A stretch of 64,000 nucleotides of DNA, taken from Ignavibacteriota bacterium (lineage in GTDB: Bacteria; Bacteroidota; Ignavibacteria; UBA10030; CAVZMI01). A program made the position numbers and the translations under genes. Position 1 is the stretch's first letter. Each line of letters starts with the position of its first letter. The stretch is from contig CAVZMI010000028.1 in the NCBI GenBank assembly GCA_963776275.1, positions 1 to 64,000 on the forward strand, written 5' to 3'. Below, piece after piece: positions 1-11,772 of the stretch. Below the pieces are notes generated by a model. That model was given only the letters and a program-made list of their open reading frames with translations, was not told the DNA's origin and ran no database searches.

Positions 1-260
1 TCCAATACGGACGGTTGGGGAGCAATTAAAAATACCTGAGTATTCTCTCCAATCTTCTGTTTGGCGAAAATAATAGCGCGCAATCCAGCGCTAGAAATGT
101 ATTCCAGTTCATTGACTATAAAGGCGATTTGTTTAAGAGGTTGCCCTACCAGTTTCTTCAGTTCTTTTGCTAAAACAGGGGCGTTGACGGCGTCGACCCG
201 CCCGGTCAGTTCGATCCGGATCACATTATTTTTGCTTGTAACAGTTATTTTGGACTCCAT
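1..260 (-). CDS. STAS-domain anti-sigma-factor antagonist (partial, runs off the window start; not in the ORF track)
   Basis: Manual translation from ATG 260: MESKITVTSKNNVIRIELTGRVDAVNAPVL...LEYISSAGLRAIIFAKQKIG. Has the STAS phosphoserine motif YISSAGLR and an AGGAG RBS upstream. Confidence 0.85.
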   Translation of the reverse strand, partial: MESKITVTSKNNVIRIELTGRVDAVNAPVLAKELKKLVGQPLKQIAFIVNELEYISSAGLRAIIFAKQKIGENTQVFLIAPQPSVL

Positions 261-283
261 AGTCACTCCTATTTTATGTCAGC

Positions 284-2394
284 TTATTTACCTACAATCA
301 CTACGACTGAACGCGGCCCGACCATGACATCCTTCTGGTTTTTTAGTATCTTCTCTGTGCCAGGTTCCCAAATATCTTCCGGCGGTTGCATATCGGTATT
401 GGTAAAAATTCGCCAGGTCTTGCCGGCGGGCAATCCCGGAAGCTCGAACTCGTGCATTTCCCAGTGCATGTTCATGGCAACGTAAATAAAATTGTCCTTG
501 GCTTGGCCCTGCTTGGCATACGCACCGCACAGCAAAAATGCCAGCAGCCGGCTGGAATCAGACCAGTCTGCCTGCCACGCCTTCACGCCATGCCAGGAAA
601 TATCCGGATATCCAATGCCCAGGTAATCTTCATTCCGGAAATGTAATCCGTTGCGCAGGATCGGATGGGCGTTCCGGAAGGCGATTATCTTCTTGAAAAA
701 ATTTAGGAGCTCGGTATTCTTTTCCACCAGCGTCCAATCGATCCATGAAATCTCATTGTCCTGGCAGTAAGCATTGTTGTTGCCGAATTGGGTATTGCCT
801 ATTTCATCACCCGAAAGAATCATCGGCACACCTTGGCTGAGAATAAGTATACTGATAGCATTCTTAATCTGTTTGCTGCGTAGTGAATTCACTACGGGAT
901 CGGTGCTGGCCCTTCCCAACCGCAGTGCCAGCTGTTATTGTCATTGCTGCCGTCGTTATTGTTCTCCCCGTTGGCCTCATTGTGTTTATGATTGTATGAG
1001 ACCAAATCCATCAGTGTGAAGCCGTCATGGCACGTTATGAAATTAACCGAGGCGGTAGTCCCGCGCCATCGGTAAAGTTCCGGCGAGCCTTGGACTCGCT
1101 GACTGACGGCGCCAACTAATCCGCTCTCGCCTTTCAAGAATTTTCTCACATCGTCACGATATTTGCCATTCCACTCCATCCAACGTCCCCAAGCGGGGAA
1201 GGAACCGACCTGGTACAAGCCGCCGGCATCCCAGGCCTCGGCGATCAATTTGCACTTACCCAGTATCGGATCAAAAGCAAGTGTTTCGAGTAAAGGAGGA
1301 TTATGCATCGGCGAGCCGTCCTGAGCTCGTCCCAGAATGGAGGCAAGATCGAACCTGAATCCATCCACGTGGTATTCTGCAGCCCAGTAACGCAGACAAT
1401 CAAGAATCATGTTGCGGACAATAGGATTGTTGCAATTCAGTGTGTTTCCGCACCCGCTGAAATTATAATAATAGCCTTCCGGTGTAAGCATGTAATACGT
1501 TCTATTGTCTATACCGCGGTAGGAAATATACGGCCCTCGCTCATTTCCTTCCGCCGTGTGGTTGAACACCACATCCAGGATGACTTCGATGCCGTTCTTG
1601 TGCAAGTCCTTGATCAGCGCTTTCAGTTCATCTACCTGCATGCCGAATTTTCCGGTAGCCGCGTAACCGGCTTTGGGAGCAAAGAAACCTACATTACTGT
1701 AACCCCAATAATTCATTAGTCGTTCACCATTCATGGAGGAAAGGCGGGAATTCTCGAATTCATCGAACTCGTGCACAGGCATTAGTTCCACGCAGTTGAT
1801 GCCAAGTTCTTTGAGATAGGCAATCTTTTGCCGGATGGCGGCAAATGTCCCGGGGTATTTCACTCCGGAAGATGGATGCCTGGTAAAACTGCGAACATGC
1901 ATTTCATAGATGATTAAATCCTCGGTTCGTATTTCTAAAGGACGATCATTTTCCCAGTCGAAATCATCCAGGACTATACGGGCGCGGTGCTGATAAACAC
2001 TATTCCAGTCAGGGTCTTGTCCCCAGACATCTCTTCCACTGATCACCTTGGCATAAGGATCCATCAATATCTTACTGCGGTCAAACCAGTGTCCTTCATC
2101 GGGATTAAACGGCCCGTCCATCCGGAAACCATATTCGATCTCTTCCACCTCCAGGTCGAAGACTATCATGGAGAAGACATTACCTATTCTGAACTCATCC
2201 GGAAAAGGGATGGTGGCGTAGGGCTCGGATTCGCGTTTCTTAAAAAGCACCAGTTCACAGGAAACCGCGTGTCGTGAGAAAACGGAAAAGTTGACCCCTC
2301 CGGGCACGAGGCTTGCACCGAAAGGCAACGGCTTGCCGTGCCTCAATCCGAATTCCTTGAATTTATGAGTAGGAAAGTTATCTACTCTGAGCAT
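284..2394 (-). CDS. glgX: Glycogen debranching enzyme GlgX (GH13 isoamylase), split by one frameshift near 910
   Basis: Motifs NYWGY, DVVFNHTAEG, DGFRFDLAS, IAEAWD, NFITCHDGFTL, then SQGVPMILSGDE...GNNNAYCQDNEISW in ORF 284..919. Adding one C at GGGCC joins WEGP to STDPVVNSLR. Probably a sequencing error. Confidence 0.92.
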
Positions 2395-2396
2395 GA

Positions 2397-2735
2397 TTAA
2401 ACAGTCCCGAAAAATTTCACGGCTTCATTCACCGTAGGATAACTGACGAACATATTGTCGAAACCTGTCATTTTCATAACGTCATTCGTTTCCTGGGTTA
2501 ACGCCGCATAAGCGCCGGTTCCGCCGACCTTGTTCAGTTGTTTGGCAATGACCAATAGCAGCCTTAATCCAGCGCTGGAAATATAGTTGCATTTTCCCAT
2601 ATCAAAGACGAGGCGGCATCCGGCTGTCAATAGAGGCATTATTTTTTCCTGGGCAACAGGAGTAGTATTTCCATCCAAGTTGCCGCTGACCTCTATGATC
2701 GTGATATTTTGGTCTATTCTGGTATTGATCTCCAT
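2397..2735 (-). CDS. STAS-domain anti-sigma-factor antagonist
   Basis: 112 aa with GNLD...YISSAGLRLLL; AGAGGA RBS. Confidence 0.9.
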   Translation of the reverse strand: MEINTRIDQNITIIEVSGNLDGNTTPVAQEKIMPLLTAGCRLVFDMGKCNYISSAGLRLLLVIAKQLNKVGGTGAYAALTQETNDVMKMTGFDNMFVSYPTVNEAVKFFGTV

Positions 2736-2749
2736 TTTATCCTCCTCTG

Positions 2750-4558
2750 TTACACTGTTGGTACCAGTCGGACTTTTATCTTCGGTCTATAGGTGAGGTT
2801 CGGCAATTCCACCGTCAAATTGTCGGCATTGAATTTTGTCCAGGAATTGCTGTCGATCCAGACTTCGGAGATGCGCACACTGCCCGGCGGCAGGATATCG
2901 GGCTGGACTCTGAGCAGGTCATTTCCAAATCCGTTGGTCAACGGCTTGAAATACAGATCAAGCGGCTGTTTGGTATTCAGAAAGTTGGTGTACACCTGCG
3001 CCAGGTAACAAAGCTCAATGGAGTGGTAGCCGCTCATGGAGTGGCTGCCCTTCAGCCGTTCATTACCCATCAGGTAAGGCAAACCGTTATTCAGCACATT
3101 GAAATAAACGGAACCATCGTCATGGTCAAGGAAGAAAGTGTTATAGAATGAAGAGGACTCACGGGCCAATCTTAAATATTCCTGTTCTTTCAGGACTCCG
3201 TACAATATTTGGTAGGCCAGGATTCCCTGTTCCTGCTGCCACCAGGCCTTGCGGTCATGCCAGGAGAAACGATATGCTTCTTCACCTTGTTTCAGTGTGC
3301 GCTCCATTACATCGTACCAGCCGCCTCGCTGCCTGTCCATGCCGACCGTAGGCATCACGGCACCTATCTTCTTGGCTAGGTCGACATACCGCGCATCCGG
3401 CTTCAGACTATTTATCCTCATCAGATTCCAGGCGATCTTGAGGTTATGGCCGACAACGCCCTGGTTTTGTTGCCAACGCCAGCTCAAGTCGTGGCTCCAA
3501 TCCTCGAAGAAACGTTCATTGACGAACGGGCTGTTCTCGTAATCGGGGAAATGTTTGACGATACAGTCGGCAGTATAAACAAGGAAATCCTTATACTTCT
3601 GATCGCCTGTTGCGAGGAAGAGATTGATAAGATAGGCCGGTGCATGGTCGCCTACCGAGTTCCAGTTCTTGCGTGCTTTGTTGATGCCAAGACTTTCACT
3701 GCGGGGATCCAGCGTGATAGGATCGATATGAGAGAAGTAACCTTCCCCTTTCTTATCCAGGAAGAAACGGTCGAACAGGTCGATCGTCATTTTGATATCC
3801 TTCATGATGGAAGGATCGCCGTTTATTCTATAAGTCTGTGTGGGTCCGGCCAATGCATAAATCTGCTCGTACATAGGGATGGCATCCCAGTCGTCCCCGA
3901 ATTCTGAGGCGAAGATCTTGTGTTCCTTATCGCCCCTGATGTCTATGCCGTGATACCAGTAGATGATATTTTCGTCGTAATCATAGAAACGCATGTGTTC
4001 CCGGAGGTACAGAACACCCTTTTCAGCTGCTTCAAGGAAGCGGTCTTCACCGGTCAGAAGGAATGCAGAGGCAAAACCATAAACTAAACGGGAGATAGTA
4101 TCTGTTTCCTGGCGGAAATCGCCTTTGCGTTCTCCGCTCAGGCTCAAGAAAGTCCGGTAATTACGGTAATCGATCTCTTTGCCCAGGAACTGGGCTTTGA
4201 TAAAGAAATCGGCAATGCTTGCTGCCTGCTTGACCCACCAATTCGGTTCTTCAAACCTGCATCTGCCAACCTTGCTGTCAGGGAAATCCAGGGTCTTGGC
4301 TTCGAAAACATGGCCCTCTTTTTCCGGATAGTAAATGCCGTAGGCGAACAGGTATTGACCGGGAACCAGCAGGTCGGGTATCTGGGCCGTGCAATCAAAA
4401 TATGGTTCGTCGAGGTTACGCAGTATGCGGGCAAACGTGTTGGAGGTCAGCTTGACAGAGAATTCCCGTCCGTCAGTTGTCCTTAGACCAAATACTTTCT
4501 TTTCCTTTTCGAACTTGGTTATGTACCCAGCGATTGTATCCGAGAACTCAAACTGCAT
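2750..4558 (-). CDS. AGE-family (N-acylglucosamine 2-epimerase-like) alpha6/alpha6-barrel protein with an extra N-terminal domain
   Basis: NWNSVGDH, VVGHNLKIAWNL, GGWYD, KAWWQQEQ and GYHSIELCY match AGE-family His-containing motifs. Confidence 0.8.
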   Translation of the reverse strand: MQFEFSDTIAGYITKFEKEKKVFGLRTTDGREFSVKLTSNTFARILRNLDEPYFDCTAQIPDLLVPGQYLFAYGIYYPEKEGHVFEAKTLDFPDSKVGRCRFEEPNWWVKQAASIADFFIKAQFLGKEIDYRNYRTFLSLSGERKGDFRQETDTISRLVYGFASAFLLTGEDRFLEAAEKGVLYLREHMRFYDYDENIIYWYHGIDIRGDKEHKIFASEFGDDWDAIPMYEQIYALAGPTQTYRINGDPSIMKDIKMTIDLFDRFFLDKKGEGYFSHIDPITLDPRSESLGINKARKNWNSVGDHAPAYLINLFLATGDQKYKDFLVYTADCIVKHFPDYENSPFVNERFFEDWSHDLSWRWQQNQGVVGHNLKIAWNLMRINSLKPDARYVDLAKKIGAVMPTVGMDRQRGGWYDVMERTLKQGEEAYRFSWHDRKAWWQQEQGILAYQILYGVLKEQEYLRLARESSSFYNTFFLDHDDGSVYFNVLNNGLPYLMGNERLKGSHSMSGYHSIELCYLAQVYTNFLNTKQPLDLYFKPLTNGFGNDLLRVQPDILPPGSVRISEVWIDSNSWTKFNADNLTVELPNLTYRPKIKVRLVPTV

Positions 4559-4747
4559 GCTTGTGCTCCTCTTATATTAATGAAATTGAACCGTCACACA
4601 GTAAGCTTGGCGATAACTTTATTATACTCAAATGGGAACGAAACAGTATAGGATGAACATAAAATAGACAACTACAGGATGAATGTCAACCTCCGCAACT
4701 AAACAGAATTACTCAATTGGATTTGCTGAATATGGTGCTATAGTATT

Positions 4748-6383
4748 TTAGAATAGTCCCGTAATATTTCCCTGATCATCAACGTCGATGTTTTCGGCAG
4801 CCGGAATAATAGGGAGTCCCGGCATGCGCATTATTTCACCCGTGATCGGAATTACAAAACCTGCGCCTGCAGCGACTTCGATTTCTCTCACTGTTATCAA
4901 GAAATTTTCGGGCCTTCCAAGTAGTTTGGGATTATCGGAAAACGAATTTTGAGTTTTGGCCATGCACACGGGAAGTTTATCCAAACCGAGTTTCCGTATC
5001 TTTTCCAGATCATCTTTAGCTTTCGCCGAAAATTCGACTGCTTTTGCTCCGTAGATATTTTTTGCGATGGTCTCTACTTTCTTTGGAATATCCCAATTCC
5101 AGTCGTATGTTGGTTTATATTTATTTTTACAATTTTGTGCAATGTCGCAAACTATCTCTGCAAGCTCCATGGAACCCTCGCCACCTTTGCCCCAAACATC
5201 TGCAATAGATGCAGGAACCCCGAGCTCTTTACACCTGTCTTTTAATATTTCAATTTCATCATTTGTGTCTGTTGTGAATTTATTTATGGCAACTGCAGGG
5301 TGAATACCAAATGCAAGAATGTTTTCAATATGCTTCTCCAGGTTTCCTAAACCTTTTTTCAACGCTACTTTATTTGGCTGATTAACGGACTTCAAATCGG
5401 CGCCGCCATGATATTTCAATGCTCTTAGTGTCGCGACAAGAACAACTGCTTTCGGCGATAATCCTGAATAGCCGCATTTGATGTCGAAAAACTTCTCTGC
5501 TCCCAAATCAAATGCAAATCCGGCCTCTGTCACGACATAGTCCGAAAGAGACAGCCCCATTTTTGTCGCGACGACGCTGTTCGTCCCCTGAGCGATATTT
5601 GCAAAAGGGCCGCCGTGAATAATTGCGGGATTCCCCTCGATCGTCTGAACGAGGTTGGGCATGATCGTGTCTCTTAACAGTGCGGTCATTGCGCCGCTTG
5701 CTTTTAAATCGCGGGCATAAATCGGATTCCGGTCATATGTAAATCCGACAAAAATATTTCCCAGCTTCTTTTTCAAATCGGTAAGGTTCTCTGCAAGGCA
5801 GAGTATGGCCATAACCTCGGAAGCCGCCGTAATATCAAATCCTGTTTCGCGGGGCACTCCGGAGAGAGTTCCTCCAAGCCCGACGATAATCTTCCTCAAA
5901 GAACGGTCGTTCATATCCATGACTCTTTTCCAATGAACTGTGCGAGGATCGATTCCCAGATTATTCTTTTTATTCTGAATATTATTATCGATTAATGCAG
6001 CGAGCAGATTGTGCGCTTTTTCAACTGCTGAAAAATCTCCCGTGAAATGAAGATTAATATCTTCCATCGGGACCACCTGGGCATGCCCGCTGCCCGTTGC
6101 GCCTCCTTTTATCCCGAACACGGGGCCAAGAGAAGGTTCTCTCAAGACGACGGTAGTCTGTTTCCCGATTCTGTTCATACCTTGAGTCAAGCCGATTGAT
6201 ATAGTTGTTTTTCCTTCACCTGCAGGTGTAGGAGAGATGGCGGATACTAGAATCAAATTACTTTTATTGTATTTGTCGACGTCAATATATTTCAATGGCG
6301 ACTTTGGCTTTGTAATTGCCGTAGAGAATGAGATCGTTTTCGGAGATATGCAGTTGTGAGGCTATTTCTTTGATATTCTTCAT
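4748..6383 (-). CDS. fhs: Formate--tetrahydrofolate ligase; the true start is 6383, with a frameshift near 6299
   Basis: PTPAGEGKTT, LREPSLGP, IKGGATG, HGGPFANIA, TEAGF. The N-terminus MKNIKEIASQLHISENDLILYGNYKAKV lies in another frame upstream of ORF 4748..6295. Confidence 0.93.
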
Positions 6384-6587
6384 TTGATAAAATTCCCGTG
6401 TGAAAGTCGTTGGTTTCTAGTATTTTGGCGAGAAACAGATGCCTGTACTACTATTGCAGCAAAAGTATTATTTGTACGTCTTCAGACCACATCAGATCAT
6501 TCAGGCTAAAAATTAATAGAGATTTTTCCTGTGATAATCAAATTATTTTAATTGATCCACTCCGTTTATCCCTTAAATCCATGGAAA

Positions 6588-6680
6588 TAGACTCCACAAA
6601 TTTATATTAATTTTAGGAGGAAAGGAAGCTTATTATTCATCAAATTCATCTACATATCGCTTTAGACGGAGTGTTGGAGT
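6588..6680 (-). repeat. 93-bp duplicated promoter-like segment, copy 1 (copy 2 at 27686-27778)
   Basis: The first 50 bp are identical in both copies. The minus strand has TAAATTTG (TAnnTTTG-type -7 element) pointing toward fhs. Confidence 0.75.
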
Positions 6681-6744
6681 AATCATTGTTCTACTCCAAG
6701 TCCATTTCGAAGATTTTCAGAAGGGGGGTTATGAATGGTAGATA

Positions 6745-6950
6745 TAGGTAGCCGCAGGCTTCAGCCTGCGTAGAATAGCCTATACAACGCACCCATATAC
6801 TAAAGTACAGGAGTTCAGCCTACATGTCCGCCGAAGTTCGCCGGAGGCAAACGCAGGCGGAAAGGCCGAACTCCGAGGGTGCGCCTACCGCCGAAACCGT
6901 TTTTTTTATCGTGTGACAGTAGGCGTGGGCTTCACGTCCGCGTAGAATAG
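6745..6950. repeat. Cluster of GTAG-type REP-like palindromes
   Basis: gtagccgcaggcttcagcctgcg; cgcacc...agggtgcgcctac with a nested insert; gtaggcgtgggcttcacgtccgcg. Related copies at 13605-13694 and 51700-51765. Confidence 0.75.
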
Positions 6951-6972
6951 CCTTGACTTATTGATTCCTTTT

Positions 6973-7051
6973 ATCGCCCTGTTGTGAATTTCATCCCCCT
7001 CTTTCGTCCTTCCATCGGTTTATTCTGTTTTACTCCCGCAATCAATACTAT
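6973..7051 (+). promoter_or_regulatory. Putative activator-dependent promoter with ~21-bp periodic repeats
   Basis: ATCGCCCT (6973), ATCCCCCT (6993) and ccATCGGTTT (7014), then TACTAT at 7046. Similar layout at 19436-19499. Confidence 0.45.
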
Positions 7052-7100
7052 TTTATCCAACGTAGGTCACCAACGCATCTTCTTTAATAGGAGCATCACC

Positions 7101-7750
7101 ATGAAAAACAGAATAATATTTTCCATCATGCTCGGATGGTTTTTAATGAGCACAGCCATCGCACAAGGAACAATCCAGGCCTTGAAACTAAACTGAGCCA
7201 AAATCCGAACAACGTCAATACGCTTGTTCAACTTGGCAAGGTGTATCACGATCAGGGTGCGGATGGAAATAAGGAGGCTGTCGAAAAAGGGATGACCTAT
7301 CTTGATAAAGCCCTGGAGCTTGAACCGGCAAACGGAGTGGCGCTAGCGTACCGCGGAAGCCTCTGGACAATGCGAGCGCGGGATGCATGGTGGCCCTTTA
7401 CAAAGATGAGCCGCGTGGACAAAGGGATAGATGAGATGGATAAAGCAGTCGAGTTGGCGCCGACGAACGTAACGGTTCGGATGGTCAGAGGAATCAACAG
7501 CTTACAATTGCCTTCAATGTTCAAGAGGCTATCGATTGCGCTGAAAGACTTCGACTATTTATTGAACTGCCGTGAATTCTCATACTTCGATGTGAAGCTT
7601 CAATCGACAATCTGTCTTTGGGCCGGCATCGCGTATAAGCGTGATAATCAGACTGAGAAAGCGAAAGAGCTGCTTCAAAAGTCCGTTTCACTCACCCCGG
7701 AATCTTGGATGGCGGCAAAAGCAAGGGAAGAATTGAAAGAACTCATATAA
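7101..7750 (+). CDS. Secreted tetratricopeptide-repeat protein (frameshift near 7180)
   Basis: AGGAG RBS and signal peptide MKNRIIFSIMLGWFLMSTAIA-Q. Adding one C at GGCC joins it to the TPR helices (LGKVYH...LDKALELEP...LAYRG...MDKAVELAP). Confidence 0.8.
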
Positions 7751-7770
7751 CCGTTCAGGAGGTATACATT

Positions 7771-8454
7771 GTGAATGCTCTCATACAAACAGAAGCTATC
7801 GTGAAGCACTACGAACTCGGCAAAGTGATCGTTCCGGCACTCCACAACGTTACGATGAAAATGGATCGAGGCGAGTTCGCCACGATATGCGGTCCATCAG
7901 GGAGTGGAAAAACCACACTGCTGAACCTTCTCGGATTCATCGATTCTCCAACAAGCGGGGAAGTGTTTTTTGATGGCGCCAGAATCACGTATAACGGCCG
8001 TTCGAACCATCACAAACTTCGCCTCGAAAAACTCGGGTTCATTTTCCAGACATTTAATCTTATCCCGGTGTTAACGGCGTATGAGAATGTGGAATATCCT
8101 CTCCTCTTGACCGTAAAGAGTTCGGCAGAGCGAAGAACGCTGGTTGAACGCATTCTGCGGGAAGTCAGGCTCTGGGAACACCGCCATCATAAACCCAATG
8201 AGCTTTCCGGCGGCCAGCGGCAGCGAGTGGCAATCGCGCGTGCTCTGGTAAATCACCCGCAGCTCGTTCTTGCAGATGAACCAACTGCGAATATCGATTC
8301 TGCAACGGCCGCTGAGATCCTTGATCTGATGCGTACATTAAACGAAGAAGACGATGTGACATTCCTGTTTTCCACACACGATCCGGTTGTCGTGAAGTAT
8401 GCAAAGCGCGTGATACGGCTTCATGACGGCGAGATTATCGATGGACAAGCCTAA
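7771..8454 (+). CDS. ABC transporter ATP-binding protein (LolD/MacB-like)
   Basis: GPSGSGKTT, LSGGQRQR, LADEPT, STHD; GTG start after AGGAGG. Confidence 0.92.
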   Translation: MNALIQTEAIVKHYELGKVIVPALHNVTMKMDRGEFATICGPSGSGKTTLLNLLGFIDSPTSGEVFFDGARITYNGRSNHHKLRLEKLGFIFQTFNLIPVLTAYENVEYPLLLTVKSSAERRTLVERILREVRLWEHRHHKPNELSGGQRQRVAIARALVNHPQLVLADEPTANIDSATAAEILDLMRTLNEEDDVTFLFSTHDPVVVKYAKRVIRLHDGEIIDGQA

Positions 8455-8470
8455 CGAGGAGAAACAAAAA

Positions 8471-9698
8471 ATGTTCAAATTTATCAGACTTGCATTCAAA
8501 AATGTATTTCGTAACCGGCGAAGTGACCGTAATCACGGGGTTGGTTCTCGTGTTCGGTGCCGCAGCTCTCATTCTTGCCGGCGGATTCATTTCGTTTACC
8601 TTCAGGGGACTTCGTGAAAGCACCATCCGCGGTCAGCTTGGACATATTCAAATTTATCACAAGGACTTCTTTCAAGCAGAAGAGGAAAAACCGCTCCAGT
8701 ACGGACTGGATAATGTAGAGGATCTCAAGAAGATCATACTCACACAGAATCATGTTCGATTCACTATGGCACGGATAGAATTCTCAGGTCTCCTTTCGAA
8801 CGGCGACAAGTCGGCTGTATTTCTTGGCCGCGGTGTGGAGCCGGAGAAAGAGAACAAGCTTACCGGATTTGCCCTTAACGTCGATACCGGGAAATTCCTG
8901 GGAGAGAATCTGCAAAACGAAGCCGAGTCGGAAGTGATTGTGGCACGCGGACTAGCGAAAACTCTCAAAGCAAAAGTTGGGGACTATCTCACTCTCATGA
9001 CGACAACATCAAAAGGTGCGTTGAACGCAATGGATGTAAAGGTTGCGGGCATTTACTCGACAGGAATCCCGGAATACGACGAACGTGCGCTTATGGTGGA
9101 TCTTCATACTGCGCAACAGCTTCTCGTCACACAAAAGGTTTCGAAACTGGTCGTCGTTCTGGATGAAACCGAAAAGACACAGGAGGTCGCTTCGGTTCTC
9201 GCCAAACTCCTGCCAAATACGGTTTCAAGAAGGTGGGACGAACTTGCGACATTCTATAGAGCGGTTGTCCGTTTGTACGATTCCATTTTTGTATTCCTTG
9301 GGGTGATTATCTTTGTTATTGTCGTGTTGAGCAGTTCGAACACAATGATGATGTCCATATTCGAACGGACGAAAGAAATTGGAACCCAGCTTGCCGTCGG
9401 CACATCCCGTGTACGGCTGCTTGTGAACTTCCTCTATGAAGGATTACTCATCGGAATTCTCGGAGGCGGGCTTGGATTGATCATTGCGCTCGGGTTATCA
9501 CTTCTGATCAATTATTCCGGACTCACTATGCCGCCGCCTCCCGGATTCACGAATGGCTATCCGTTATTCGTCGACCTTGTACCCCAGATCTTTGCGGGAG
9601 TGTTCCTGCTTATTATGGCAACGACCGTCTTGTCGACAATCTTTCCTGCTCTCAAAGCATCCCGCATGAAGATAGTCGATGCTCTCGGACATATATGA
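8471..9698 (+). CDS. ABC transporter permease, LolC/E-FtsX family (frameshift near 8524)
   Basis: MFKFIRLAFKNVFRNRR N-terminus in ORF 8423..8617 continues into ORF 8490..9698; ERTKEIGT motif, several TM helices, C-terminal PALKASRMKIVDAL. Confidence 0.88.
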
Positions 9699-10492
9699 TT
9701 GTGAAAAGGATAAATCAGATGAGACATAAATTTATTAGTTTAGCATTGTGCGTGGTAATGCTCCTCGCAATTAAAATAGCTTCTGCTCAGATGGAACAAT
9801 CGATCGAACGCAGAAAAGATACACCGACGGCAGAAGAGATTCTGCACCAGTCCGATCTAAGCCGGAATGGATGGGAATCTTACACGGTCATCACAAGCAT
9901 CAAAAACTATGTGGATGAGGAATTAAAGGACGAAGGGAGTTTCGAGGTGTCCATGAAAGGAGCCGATAAGACGCTGGTGAAGTTCCTGAATGCCGATGTC
10001 AAGGGTCAATACCTTCTTATGCTCGACGATGCCATGTGGATTTACATGCCTAACACACGGAAACCGATCCGGATTACTCCTTTGCAACGGCTGATGGGTA
10101 ATGCTTCGAATGGCGACGTGGCCCGCACACGGTACGCGGATGATTATGCTGCAACGCTCAAACGTGAGCAGGTTATAGATGGAGTTTCCTGCTACATGCT
10201 TGAATTGATGGCGAAACGGGAAGGCGCGACTTATCAGAGAATCGAGTACTGGGTCGCAAAAGAAAATCTCCGGCCAAAGAAAGCGGAAATCTATTTAACC
10301 TCGGGGAAACATTACAAGACTATTATTTACGACAAGTACAGCCTTATTTCCGACAGAGTCCTTCTTTCGCAGATGACGATTCTCGATGCGCTTCGCGAAG
10401 GAAGAACAACGATTATGACATTTACCGGATATACACAACGCGACATTCCGGCAAAGTATTTCAACAAAGATTATCTGGAAAAACTTCGATGA
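9695..10492 (+). CDS. Outer-membrane lipoprotein-sorting (LolA-like) protein
   Basis: Signal peptide; LMLDDAMWIYMPNTRKPIRITPLQRLMGNASNGD is typical of this family. Confidence 0.8.
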   Translation: MIVKRINQMRHKFISLALCVVMLLAIKIASAQMEQSIERRKDTPTAEEILHQSDLSRNGWESYTVITSIKNYVDEELKDEGSFEVSMKGADKTLVKFLNADVKGQYLLMLDDAMWIYMPNTRKPIRITPLQRLMGNASNGDVARTRYADDYAATLKREQVIDGVSCYMLELMAKREGATYQRIEYWVAKENLRPKKAEIYLTSGKHYKTIIYDKYSLISDRVLLSQMTILDALREGRTTIMTFTGYTQRDIPAKYFNKDYLEKLR

Positions 10493-11772
10493 CCCGGTTA
10501 TTACACTTGATGATCGTATGGCATACGGTCCTTTTCGCTGTGCCTGCGATCCACGCTCAACCTCTGCAAACCGGTTTTTCGTTTGTGGATGAAGGAACGT
10601 ACAACAAGATCAATACAACGACTCCGCTGAACTACGATAATCGAATACTGCCGCAGCCAACGTTTGGGCAAATGGGAACTGCATCTCTCTCTCTTGGGTA
10701 TAGTGTGTTTTCTGGCTCGTTGGGGTTTACTGCCGTCACGAACAATTTAAGCAAGCCGGAATACGATTATAGAATCCGTGAACTTTCGGCGGATATTTCT
10801 GTTACCGATGAGATAAACCTTCTGATCGGGAAAAAAATCCTTAAGTGGGGAACAGGATATGCGTTCAATCCCACCGGTGTAGTCGAGCCGCAACGTTCTC
10901 CTTCCGATCCATCAGACAGGCTCAACCAGAACGACGGCAGAACGCTCCTATCCCTGACCGCGTATCACGAAAAAAGTTCGCTGACATTTGTCTATTTGAA
11001 CGACGCCCGGGTGGTAAACTCCACACTGTATTGGGGTACTAACGAGTACGCAATCCGGGCTAACACCTTCCTGAGCGGCTTTGACATTTCCCTCATCGGG
11101 CATTACAAACAATCCGACAGACTCGAATGTGGCGCAAATTTCTCTTATGTTGTTGGGGATCAGTTAGAGCTGCACGGTGAATGCCTCGTAAAAACGGGTT
11201 CATTATATCAGTACCATCGGATCATAACGACTGATAATGAGAAGCAGATTTTTATTTCTGATCCATACATGACACTTTATGATAATTCCAAACGGATTTT
11301 TTACAAGGCGTTGTTTGGCGGACAATATACATTCAATAACGGCGTGAATCTGGCGTTGGAATATTACCACAATGCCGAAGGATTGAGTTCGCAGGAATGG
11401 AATAGATGGATGAATTTTGTTAAATTTCAGGATGCGATCCAGAAAGGGACGGTCATCGTTCCACCGGAGCTGGTTGAGCCTTCATGTCTGAACCTGCTCT
11501 GGTCGCTCAAAACTCTTTCACCGCGCGGCACAATGAGGGATTATCTCTTCGCGCGTGGATTCTATTCAACAGAAAGCTGGAGCTTTGAAGCGATCTGTTT
11601 CATGAATGCGAACGACATGAGCACTGTCTTGGTCCCGAGTGTTACGCGGAGAGTTTCAGAGAATTGTTCTCTCTATGTGCGTTACACTGCATATCTGGGA
11701 AGAGACGGCTCGGAATTTGGCTCGCTATTTACAACAACTGCATTAAACCTTGGAATCGGAGTTCAACTATGA
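10489..11772 (+). CDS. Putative outer-membrane beta-barrel protein
   Basis: Signal peptide, GKKILKWGTGYAFNP motif, alternating beta-strands, C-terminal GIGVQL. Confidence 0.65.
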   Translation: MTRLLHLMIVWHTVLFAVPAIHAQPLQTGFSFVDEGTYNKINTTTPLNYDNRILPQPTFGQMGTASLSLGYSVFSGSLGFTAVTNNLSKPEYDYRIRELSADISVTDEINLLIGKKILKWGTGYAFNPTGVVEPQRSPSDPSDRLNQNDGRTLLSLTAYHEKSSLTFVYLNDARVVNSTLYWGTNEYAIRANTFLSGFDISLIGHYKQSDRLECGANFSYVVGDQLELHGECLVKTGSLYQYHRIITTDNEKQIFISDPYMTLYDNSKRIFYKALFGGQYTFNNGVNLALEYYHNAEGLSSQEWNRWMNFVKFQDAIQKGTVIVPPELVEPSCLNLLWSLKTLSPRGTMRDYLFARGFYSTESWSFEAICFMNANDMSTVLVPSVTRRVSENCSLYVRYTAYLGRDGSEFGSLFTTTALNLGIGVQL

